This document shows positions 12,367-23,571 of a stretch of DNA of 64,000 nucleotides, one piece after another. The DNA lies in the NCBI GenBank assembly GCA_964187785.1, contig OZ076409.1:22942001-23006000 (forward strand). Direction: 5' to 3'. Numbering within the stretch: position 1 is the first letter of the stretch; every line of letters begins with the position of its first letter. The position numbers were made by a program, and so were the translations under genes. The stretch is from Amphiscolops sp. MND2022. Lineage: Eukaryota. The notes below the pieces were generated by a model that saw only the letters and a list, made by a program, of their open reading frames with translations, did not search any database and was not told where the DNA came from.

Positions 12367-12950
12367 AACTTTTTATTGAACAATTTGTAAGAATCCTGGA
12401 AAGATTTTCATCAAGAGGGCCCCAAGAGCACGTACGATCTTGCAAAATGTTACTAGAAGTTTCAAAGGAAAGGCTAACAAATGTGAATCTCTGGTTGAAA
12501 CTGTTTGAACTTTTTACAAGTTTTGGTGTCATGCCGTAAGCATGATCGGATAATTAGAATTCAATGATGCTGTCAAACACAGCATCAAATAGCGTAACTA
12601 TCCAAAATGCAAACAAAGGAAGAGCAACATGCGTGGTTTTCATAACGCAATGAAATCGAAACAAAAAAACGAAGGGAGGCGACCGGAATATAAGACGTTA
12701 ACTACACCGCGTCACAAAGTACAAACTGAAACATTTTCCATACGTTTCAAGTTGTTGGTTTTAACGACTGGCTTATCCAACGGTTACTCCAAAACGTATA
12801 GTTGCCTACTACATCATAACAAGTTTCAATGTAACCATTAACACTCAAAATATCATTCGCTCTTGAAATTGAACCTTCGATAATACTATTCTCTCTTTTT
12901 GAAACAGTAAACTATAGAATCCTTGTTGTTACTTACTAAATTCAACCAAC

Positions 12951-13213
12951 ATGAATGATAACATTGACAACGATGAGACTACTAACCTTCCCGATTTCCA
13001 TTTTAACGGGTTGAACAATGAAATAGACGAGGAACACTTAGATTTCTAAGAGAGGGAACATGAGAGAATCAGATTTGAAAAACTCTTCAGCAATATGAAC
13101 CTTCAAATTGGAGAATTGACTTGACCAGTCTAGTTAGAACGCTGACTGAGAAAAGTTCCTCTAGCAAAAGGGAAAGACCTCGGCCTCTTATCAACCGCGA
13201 CGTCGTTCTGACA
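12951..13213 (+). pseudogene. Possible LTR-end remnant carrying a decayed Gag N-terminus of the same clade
   Basis: Interrupted frame MNDNIDND..EREHERIRFEKLFSNMNLQIGELT..LVRTLTEK ending in ..CGTTCTGACA, similar to GQREILKMIENLTSK of B. Confidence 0.35.
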
Positions 13214-14181
13214 TTTAGTAAGTTACCGAGCTAAATGAATATGATATCATAGAATACCCAAGGTAACTTCCATGCATGAACTTTTCACTGATTCAGTTGA
13301 ATAATTTCAAACTGATCAAAAAATACATCCTAACTTTGGCGGCGTTTTGGAGCTAAGAAATTTTCAGATTCTATGTTTTCATCAATTTTACCACCATTTT
13401 AATGCAAATCAATTTCAGTCACTTCGTAGATTTCAAAGTAGCGTCATTTTCAGCGTGCAAATTGAATAACGGTGATCACATAGGTTGTATATTCAATAAC
13501 CTGAAGTGTGAAAACAAAATGATTGAGACGAAGTGGAAGTTGAAACATTTTAGGTTTTATGTTTTTGATACAAAACATCAGCCTTGCAGGCAAGGGCACA
13601 ATGTCAAAAACTTCCCAGCAGATTCAATTAGGAATTGAAATAAACAAAACTGTCGCCAACTGCGACATGATCGGCGTAGCTAATACATCACAGATTCTCA
13701 GGCAACGAGCTTCTCAGGCGAACAGTAGCAAAGTGATTGCAAACAAAAACAACGTTTGTTTTGCTAGGTGAATTTTTTGTGAGACTTTCGACGAAAGACT
13801 TACAGTAATTTTTATTTGGACATTTAAGATGGTTGGGTGAAGCAAAGCAAAAAAAGCCAGATCTTATGAACGATTTCAAGAGTTAACGGGAATATCTTAC
13901 ATTATGCAAATTCTTTGCCAGAGTTTCAAGATATTTTCCACTGGGGAATCATTTCTAAAATTTTCAATTGTTATTTTGATAAATTGCCTATATATCTGCC
14001 AATAAGTCTTAGATGATTCTATCTACCTGGTTTGAGCGTTATTTCCTTCAAACGCACGAATGAAACAGTTGCCGGTGTTATCGTCTTTAGAGGGGCATAT
14101 CAGCGTTTCAGAAGCAAAACAATCGGATGGTTAAGTTAGAGTTATTGATCCGTTCAATAGTTTTTGAAGAGCTACCCTGAT

Positions 14182-15135
14182 AAAACTGCTTGAACTTTTT
14201 GCATGTACTTGAATATTGCCAGCAACTTTTATGATGATTTTGTAAAACTCATACGGAAACTTTCATGCGAAAATATTTCCCAGTTGTATTAAACTTTTAT
14301 CAAACTGATGCAAAAATTCATCAGTTAGGGCGGCAATTTTAAGTTTTGCAAGTTTCATTAAGCAGCAGCTATCATTTTAAAAGCATAAAACTTTATATCA
14401 GTTTTACCGCTAATATAATGCAAAATACCTTCAGTCGCGTAGTAAACTGCAAATTAGCGTCATGTTCAGCGTGCTCTTTGAGAGCACATCAGATGAAGAG
14501 TTGAGAAAACAAAGTGTAAGTACAAAGTGATCGTATCGGTAATGATGTGGAATTTATTTTCAAATTTAATTGCAGTTGTAGAAAATGCTTTGTAATTGTA
14601 CATGATTTACCGGCCGTTATTCACTGAAAATAAATTAGGGTTGCACGAGTCCGAAAATAAATTTGAGTTGCACCAGTCCGAAAATTAATTTGGGTTGTAC
14701 CAGTCCAAAAAATTACTTATCATAATTGTTGTATGGCTCGGTTGCTCCGCTCCCGTCGCCAAGTAGCAAGCAACATTGAGGCATGGCTACACAGCACGTC
14801 GCTCCGCTTCGCTTCGCTCCTGCATTTAGGGCACTAGTAGTGTGTGAAGATAGCTGACTAGGGGAAATTGAAAATTTCGTTTTTTCTCATCTTTGCACCG
14901 ACATCGTTCCGGTTCGACCCTGTCAGCCAATCAGATTGGTCAAGTGAAGATAACTACGTTTAAACGACGCTGGGATTTCTGAAATCTTATTGGACGAGCA
15001 AATTTAATTTTACTCTTTCGGACTTGTCATTTACCACCCGAAGTGCGCTGAATTTTCTAGGTTTTATAAACAATTACCTTGCATGCAGGTCTGCAGAATG
15101 TAAAAAGTTCCTGCAATTTCAACTAGGGTAGTTCA
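14182..15135. repeat. Dispersed repeat, copy 1 (with ~420-bp insertion at 14612-15028)
   Basis: Aligns to 43148-43695 on both sides of an insert flanked by ATTTACC direct repeats. Confidence 0.75.
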
Positions 15136-16334
15136 AATGAGTGTACTGTGATGCTTTAAGAGGTGTACAACTAAACAGAGCGAAGTCAGAGGGATTTTCA
15201 AGTCTTTTTTGGTTTATTAACGATGATTAACAAACCAGAATAACGAACAATCTTCTAAACTCAAAGATGAGCTGGATTATGAACCAGAAAAAAATGTTGG
15301 TTTGAGAAATTGCCAGAGCACTGCACGCAAACAGTTTCAACTGAAAAACTCTAGCAGCAAGTAAATCACAAACTGGAACATCGGGCAATGTTTAAAACCA
15401 TGTCGTTTAAGTTGGTACATCCAATATATGGAATCAGGAAATAAGGATGACTGTGCATTAACCTTATAAATTAAATACAGGCGGAATAGAAAACATTTGC
15501 GCTCTTTTTTTCACAAAAAACATTTGTCCCAGGTTTCAAAAAAATAGCTTCGAGTATTCCAGTCAAGTTTTATTGTGCTAGTGACTTAGTTTTCAGAATT
15601 TTGAAGAAATATTTTCATTCAAATCTATTGCAAAAATAAAGGAAGTAAGTTGGATTGTTTTACTTTGTATACAACAAGTGAATTGTAGAAGTATTTCACC
15701 TTGTATGAAAGGGCATAGATCAATGAATGGAAATTCAACACAATTCAGTGACAAATAAAGTGAAATTTTTTGAAGCCAAAATGTCTTTTATACTACTTTT
15801 CAAGTTTTCCACGTACTATTATTCCTCTTTCAACTCAGTATTCACTATGAGGATTTTCAACACAACTCTAATTTTGTGATTGAGTTTAGTAGCCATTTCT
15901 TTTAAATATTGTAACAAGCTACGGTTAAACCCGTAAAGTGATCAACCCGTAACCCGTACCTCCAACCCGTAGCCCGTAACCCGTAGTTTTTGGTTACGGG
16001 CTGAAACTTCTGACTGATTCATATGTTAGCATAAAATTCAACAATGCCAATAACAGCGCACATGTCAAATGTTTATAACATGACATGTGAATTGTTCACT
16101 CATTTATTCATTTTTAGCTCTTTGGTCAAGTGGTTTACTCAGGTTATTCATCTCATCACTTCCTTACTTACGCTGGTTTGGTTATTTTTAAGAGTTACTT
16201 TATGCGTGATGGATGAAAAAACGCACGCTGGTTATAATTATGCCAAATTATAAGACTTATTTAGCAACGTTCAAGTTTTGCGCAGAAAAATATTCTTTTA
16301 ATCCGCAAGGTACCGGTTATTCTACTCTGACGGC

Positions 16335-16562
16335 TTGAAAGTTTTCGCTATGTTTTGGATGGCTTCCCGACAAGATGCAGCTGTTGAAAGGGGAGTCAGC
16401 AAACACAAGGCAATTCATTCGAAATTTCGAGCAAAGCTAGAAAATGAATTTGTCAAAAAAGTTCTCGTTATCGGAGAGAATTTGCTTTCTTTCAAGGAAG
16501 AAGAAAGTGAAGAGGAAGACGATGAAAACATTGTACAACCCTTTGACTATGAAAAAAATTAA
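16335..16562 (+). pseudogene. hAT transposase C-terminal dimerisation-domain relic
   Basis: AAVERGVSKHKAIHSKFRAKL matches the hAT SxAxVERxFS..IHxKxRxxL pattern; short AACCCGTA/CAGCCCGTA repeats nearby. Confidence 0.6.
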
Positions 16563-17118
16563 ATATGAAAATTAGCAATTTCAGACTTTTGATTTAAATT
16601 TCTTTTGTAAAATTTTGTATTTTCTCAGCCATAATTTCAGCCCGTAATTTCAGCACGTAATTTGAACCAGAGGTGCTCAATATTGAATTGACAATATATT
16701 GTTCTGAAACAATAAATTATTAAAATTTTTCCTAGGAAAAAATACATTATTGCAATAATGTCAATTATTAGTTAAGGAACGACATTTATTGTCTAACGCA
16801 ATAAGAAACAATAAAAACAATTTGAAACAATCAAAACAGTTTGTTTACTAGTTTCACGTCCCAGAAACTTTCGTTGACAATCAGAAAAAATTGTCCTTAT
16901 AGATGACGATGTAAACTTCGCATCCGATACTGAGACAGTACATGCTTTGCTCTGCTGAATAACTGGACAGCAACAATTGATGTCACTGGAACCCATTTCG
17001 TATCTGGTATGTTGACGGTAGTTTTTGATTTTTTTTGCGAGAATTGAATCTGCAATGTCGCTATCGGGATCGCTATCACTGAGAGGTGTGACAACATCTG
17101 GGAATGCTTTTACCAAAA

Positions 17119-17694
17119 CTACTTCCTCGTGGCTTTCCAGAGCTTGCTGGCATTGCTGTTTGTAGAGTGCGTTTTCAAAATCAAGGGAATGAACGACCGC
17201 CCAAGGTATTTTTCTAGACCTGGGTACTTAGCTGCAAGTGCATCAAAAAGCGTCCGGCTCTCTATCTTGGAAAATTGTTCATTTTGCAGCTTCAATGTTC
17301 CAAGTTTTTGCATGATGGATTTTACCTTGAAAATATCTTCTGTATCACCCTGGTCTTTGATGTATTTTCGAACAGCTAAATTAAGTCGGTGAGAATCGCA
17401 TTCAAGCAGAGGAACACAAACTTTGTCCGCTAATGCTTTAACACTTGCATTGTCCTCCACAAGAAACGCAATCGACGACAGAGGTGTTGAAAATATGGAA
17501 ATTGTTTGTTCCAAGAACAGTTTGTGAACATCTGCGTCAAAACGCTCTTCGTCAGGCAATGGCGAGAACGCTAGAAGTGGAAACGTTGCCTGCTTGGTCT
17601 TCTTGTCCGGGAAGCAGGCAAAAATTGTAATATAATGCGTGGATGTTCCATTGTCTGTCCACCCGTCTAGCATCACTCCAAACTTGCGGGGCAA
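17119..17694 (-). pseudogene. Degenerate hAT-like DDE transposase (catalytic region)
   Basis: FGVMLDGWTD (first Asp), FLVEDNAS (second Asp), CDSHRLNLAV (CxxH). Candidate terminus CAGAGGTG at 16668. Confidence 0.75.
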
Positions 17695-17726
17695 AACAGT
17701 TTCTCTCGCAAGGGTTACTGATGACG

Positions 17727-17917
17727 TGTAGCTTGAAAACTACTTAAAAACAATTTGGAGGACGAATATGAATTGATGAATATTAATTGAAAGATTTCTT
17801 GAACTGTCTGTTTTGAGAGGCTAACGCAAAGTGAATCTCAATCAAGTCTGAGACTTAGGCAAAGTACAAGTAGTTATTTACAAACAGTGTTAATCATTTC
17901 TTCATATCACTACTACA
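17727..17917 (-). repeat. Short LTR with adjacent PPT
   Basis: TGTAG...CTACA termini; GGGGGAA precedes it on the minus strand (17918-17924). Confidence 0.4.
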
Positions 17918-18740
17918 TTCCCCCGTTCAATATATAACAAAAGAACTCTGTTAATAAATGTCTAGTTTACAACATGTGTAACTTTGAAATGAACAATGGT
18001 AAAATTTTTTATCACTTCACTGGCTTCTAGTCTTCTACAGCAGTTTATTATAGATGGATCGAGTGCAAACTCTTTAGCAACACGTCAGGCTATTGACCTA
18101 AAATGGTAAGAGTGACGTGCCATCCAACCATGTTGCATTCTAATTAGGCCATTGCTACATCTTTATAATGCATTTGGAAAGTTGGAATATCTAATCAGCT
18201 GTTTTTGCTGATTGGCATAGGATTAAAAGTCATCAGATTTGCTCCTAAAATTATATACAGCTCCTAATCCGCGTATTTTGTAAATGAAGATAACGCAATA
18301 TCATAAAGTATACAAAAAGAGTATTAAAAAACCTTTCCATACAAACGAGACACAAGATAATTTCTCATCAAATATACAGCTGCTAGCTACCTATTTTGTG
18401 AATTAGGATAATACTATACAATTAGAGAAATTATATACAATAGAGAAAAAAGCGCGACCTTTCCATACAACCGAGGAGAAAGCATTTTATCAAAGTCACA
18501 AGTTCGGAGTATTTTCCTACACAGCGATTGTTTCTGTGAGAAATTTTGCAGTTATTGGAAATTTTTTGTCCGGAGGCCCCCATTCGGGTTTTTAGCACTG
18601 TTCAACGTTTTTCGCGAAGTTTTTTCAAAAAGATATTAATTGCAGACGTGGCTTTTTTATGTCTTCAGTTTGGGAAAAGCATTTTTTGAATCCCAAGGAC
18701 GCTTCCATCTGTCATTTGGGGGCTTCTTGAACATATTTGA

Positions 18741-19240
18741 AACAAGACGGGAACGTCTCAAGTCGGCGCTATATCTAAGGCTCAAAAAGCGCAAAACATT
18801 TTTTTGGAAAAAAACTTGAAATTTTCGAACAAAAAAATTTCTTTCGGAAAATGTCGCACAGTGCCGAAAAATGTAAAAGGGGGGACCCTTTTTGATTTAT
18901 AAACACGCATTCTGTAGCAAAATAACAAAAAACTCAAAGGGGGGACCCTTTGGGGACATTAAAAAAATTTCGAAAAAAAGTCTCACAGCGCCGAAAAAAA
19001 ATCGAAGGGGGGGGGGGGGGTTAAAACTTTAGTCCCGTCCGGGCTTGTATGTAACGTTTAAAAAGTAAATGAATGCGCTCCCCGTTTGCCTTTAGCGGTC
19101 CAGTAGTTTAGTACTTATTTAGTAGTTGAACGTTAATTTTAACGTTCGTCGCTTCGAGTCTCTCTTAAATAAAAAAAAGAAAAAAAAACGAGTGACTGTA
19201 ATAGTCGGGCTCTTTTCTTAAGAAAAGCGCCGACTAAAAA
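18741..19240 (-). mobile_element. HINE/DINE-1-like (Helentron-associated) non-autonomous element
   Basis: On the minus strand: TTTT, subTIR AGTCGGCGCT with a nearby inverted copy, then 3' subTIR AGCGCCGACT, a short hairpin and a CTTGTT end. Confidence 0.65.
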
Positions 19241-20251
19241 CTGCTCTTTTTGAGCTTCTATCTATTGTATGGTATATCTATCGTTACCTCAATCGTAGTA
19301 GCGATCCTTGAGGCGCACGCTAAAATAATAGTACTTCAGCATGCGTGTATTGGTCAATCCGGTTATAATGAAATTGAAAGAGGGTTCTTAACTTTTTTCA
19401 TATTAAAAGTCTTGTTTCAAGAAGCGTGGGGGATCATAGTGAGTCCAAATTGCTATTTCACATTGCGACATTGCGAAGCATGCTAATTGACACAGTGGGT
19501 CATGGTTGTTAGTTCCACCCTTTGTATCGGTACACCTTGTTCCGTGTTCTTCTTTCAGAGAATCACGAATGCAGAGCTGAACAGTAGGTCACTTTCTTGT
19601 TCATTCAATATTCTTATGTCATCGTTTTAAATCACAAACATGATGCCCGAACATGATGATGCTTTTAAAAAAGTCGAAATTCAACTTGAAATTTTAAAAT
19701 ATCTCAATTGCTTACCGAAAAAGTTATCAAAACGAAACGAAATTACCTTAATACAGAACAGAGATTCACTAATAAAAATCAACTTATTTCTCTTGAACAA
19801 TACTTGTCTGAAGACTGTATAATTGTGAAAAAAATACCATGATATCCGGCGGAGAAGGCGGAAATGAAGATTTGTTCAACTTCGCAATAGGAACTGTTGA
19901 TGCGAAAGTGTGACCCGAACAGTTGACGGCGTGTCATCGACTGAACCCAACAATGGACATCATGCAATCTGCGCCGATATTATTTTAATTCATCCACTCC
20001 GAAGAAAAATTTTCATCGGGCATCGTGAAACACTTACAAAACTTCCAAGCTCGCAGTCAATGGAACAGAACGTTTACGAACAATTTTCATCCGTTCGTAC
20101 TACCAAAAGGTGCGGAAGGATAAGTTAATCATGAAAATTGAAGACCTAAACGATTTGGTAAGAAGCAAAGCTATGGTCCTTTCTAATTGAATTCCCGCAC
20201 CTGCTAGGAAAAGACCTCTCCGTAAACTTTTCCAGTTTCAAAAACGTCTAT

Positions 20252-22486
20252 AGTTACGACTATTACACGGGTCGTTATTTTGGGTAGAGTTTATTCTAAC
20301 TGACTTAGTAGGAGTATAGAAACTTCTAGTTTCGTTTTCGGTATCCTCATCAGGTTCTTCTCTGACATTGGTGTTTGTTTTAGCTTTAAGCAATTTCAGT
20401 ATTTCCTTTTGGGAATCTGCTAGAAGACTCCTGAGCTCAGACGTTATTTCATCCTTCAAAGAAGTTTTCAAACTCTTCAAGACACTACTTTCAACTCTGG
20501 TGGATTTTGCCCTCGAAGGTCCTGGAGAGCCGACGTCCTGGTCAACGGAGTTGTTGTTTTCTATTACGATCGGTGAAACTAAATACTCTCGGAGCTAATC
20601 GTGAACTAACACTCTCAGAGCTCTCCTGTTGATTGTGATCACTGATATCTTTATCAAAGTTGAGAATAATGTTTAAAAGCAAATAAAATGCAAAGCAGCT
20701 GGATTTCACAAGTGAAAAAGACTGAGACCCCTTATCATCATCGCACATTATATTTATACCCTCCTAGCATCATTTGATCACGATTAAATCCTCGAATTTC
20801 CCCAAGTAATTAGTCACTTCCTGTATCTTCGATGAAAAAATTATTTTGTTCCCAATTTTACGTCGATATTTCGTCAAATTTTGAGACACGACAATTTTAA
20901 TTTAGTATTAGTCATCAAACTTGATCATATAATTTCATCCCGGCGTCCTATTGTTTCCTCCCAAGCAGGAAGTAGTTATTACTTCAGTCTGTCAAACCGG
21001 ATATGATTCCCTGTTTTATTGCGTTGGTTCGTAGGAAAATTGACGCTGAGATGACGCTGAGATGACGCTGACGTGAACGACTAATCCTGATTTTGAATTT
21101 TTACTCAGAGAAAATATGAAAATTTCGTTCGCTTGGACTATTTGGAGAAGCTAGGAGAAAAAGGAGGACTAGTCTTTTGGTAAATGCACTTAATTAAATT
21201 GATTAGCACTTATAATCATCATATCTAAATTGGCACAATTATGGTCCGACGTATTAAAGACGTCAAATTGAATCAACTTTAACAGGAACGTTAAACAGCA
21301 ACACCAACTTTGAATAATGAAACGCTTGATTAAAATCACTAATACGTAATTAGGGCGCCATTAAATATGAGCATACTAAATGCGATACGAATACAACACT
21401 GGAAAAATATAATTCCATTACTAAAATATTTCAGCATTTGATTTTCCTAATGCTTCAAGGCGACGCTAACTTGTACAAAATAGTGTCAGAAGTATACAGT
21501 GAGAATTATAAAATATAAATTCATGGAGTGTTCTTCAGAATAAACAATGACTTCCTTTTTAAATGATGTGGGAAAGTTTCGTTCAATTTAAGTCTTAACA
21601 AGATCATCTAAACCGGCGTTTTTGTTTGACGACAGGTAGACGTATTTCTAAAGATATTTTTATTTCTATTCTAGTTTAGTTAAACGTAGTCTGATCGGTC
21701 TCGTTTTTCCTAAACCATTAAACCAGTGTTAAATTCGTCTTTCTAGCTGGATTAAAACGGTTATTTAGATGGATTTTGGACGTAACGTGGACGTACGTAT
21801 TAGTATTAGCCTTAGTCCTTCTGAATAGTGGACGTAGCTTGGACGTAGATTTGGAATGAAATCTAGCTAGTTGCCATAACAGTGACGTAATACCATGGTT
21901 CGATTAGGAATACTTTCTAGCTAGTCGGCTATTTGGTGACGCAACGCTGACGTCACAAGTGTACTAATATTTTCATGTACCACCAATATTGGTTAACTTA
22001 GTGACGAGGCATCGTCCTAATTCTTCATTAATTGCCGTTCAAAGTGCAATTAAGCTGCCTTTTCTCAGAAGAAGCCTAATGTCTTTGGTGTGTCATCTCA
22101 AGTGTATTTTCTGTTTCAGATCTGATTGATGTTCTTTCGTAGAGATAATTTTGGATATGTTTTCATTTAGATTAATTTTTGGTTTTCTATTCCAAGAAGC
22201 GTTTTATTTTAGTTTTCAGGTGGCAAATGTTCCTATCTTGACGCAACAAAACACAACGCTGGAAATGCGTGAAATCATAATTGGCTCAATTCATTTCCTA
22301 TTTTCATTTCCATTTGAAATTTGTGCAAGGTAGTTGTGTATTTTGTTTTTCTAGTCACAGTTTATTTTAAGTTAGTTTCAAGTTTACCAGTTAAAGTACG
22401 ACTTTGGAAATCTCAAAAAACCTCCGTGACCTCTTCCGAATCTCAGACGTTGAAAACACACGCCAGACCGGGAGCGGGCTGTGACA
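20252..22486 (-). repeat. 3' LTR of element A (~2.2 kb)
   Basis: Left part matches 33970-34850. The right boundary is inferred from TGTCACAGCCC (minus strand), identical to the start of B's 3' LTR. TATAAAT at 20752-20758. Confidence 0.75.
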
Positions 22487-23129
22487 GAGCCGCTCTTGTG
22501 GAAATGGTGGCTCTGCCCGGGATTCGCAGTTGGGAGTAAAGCATCAGAGTAGCAGCGTCCTTATATTCTCTCTTCTCCAGGTCGTGCAAAGTGCTTATTG
22601 GTTGTACATTCACTTTCTTCAGCGGTCCAGGGGGAGTGACAAAATAGGAGCTTACATCGTCTTCTCTTACTTGGTCCAGAAAATCTGCTATGACTGCACT
22701 CGTTTTGGATTCAGTGCTGGGGGGTTCATGACTTTCCACTAAGAATACCCCCAAATTGTCGTCAGCATCACGTCTGCTTTTGTTTTCTAGTACGTCTGGG
22801 CTTTCTGGGCGTTCTATCATTGTGCTATGAGGGGATTCATCAGACGATTTATGGTAATCTTCTGGGCCTAATGATTCAAGACTCGAATCTAGTCTCACTC
22901 GTTTGCAGTTGGATTCCAACGAATCAGCAGAGATATCAAAATTTTCCTCTTCATCAGCTGAAGCTCCTGTTGAAGAATGGGATATTTCCAGTACAATCCT
23001 AGAGTTTTCTTGATAATTCTTTGGAACAGGGGTAGAAGTCCTTTCTCTTTCCGTCATAATTTCAATTTCTTCTTCTTCTTTGGCAGAGGAGATGTCCACG
23101 AGTTCATAAACGTCTCTGATGTTGCTCAT
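22443..23129 (-). CDS. Acidic accessory ORF of element A running into the 3' LTR
   Basis: Intact 228-aa Glu/Asp/Ser-rich ORF; the LSQP codons straddle the LTR start as in B. Confidence 0.6.
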   Translation of the reverse strand: MSNIRDVYELVDISSAKEEEEIEIMTERERTSTPVPKNYQENSRIVLEISHSSTGASADEEENFDISADSLESNCKRVRLDSSLESLGPEDYHKSSDESPHSTMIERPESPDVLENKSRRDADDNLGVFLVESHEPPSTESKTSAVIADFLDQVREDDVSSYFVTPPGPLKKVNVQPISTLHDLEKREYKDAATLMLYSQLRIPGRATISTRAALSQPAPGLACVFNV

Positions 23130-23571
23130 TTTGTCGTTCAGCTGTCGCTTGTAATCTGATTGTTTAACAATGAATTTTAGGATTGAATAGGATTATAGAA
23201 AATGTTGGGATAAATCCCTTCATTCTGATTGGTTGATCAGTCGTTTTAATCCTTTTTTATTCCCAGGTATTGACGTTTTGCCAATGTCGCGTTTTTATTG
23301 GCTGGGAATTTAATGATTCGTTTAATCAAGTTTGTCAACGTTATGCTGACGTCAGTTTCGCTAGCTTTTAACTAGCTTTGATTTTTGTCACCATTTTGAT
23401 GACGTCAATGTAGATTATAGGATTAATATTTTATCCCTGATAACCTTTTTGTCGACGCTATGACGACGTCAATTTCGTTGGTTATTAGCCAACTTCAATT
23501 TTTGTCACCGTTTTGATGACGTCAGTCTCGTGTTCATTTTCTTTTTTCCAGATTCTTTTGCTGTTTGTTCA

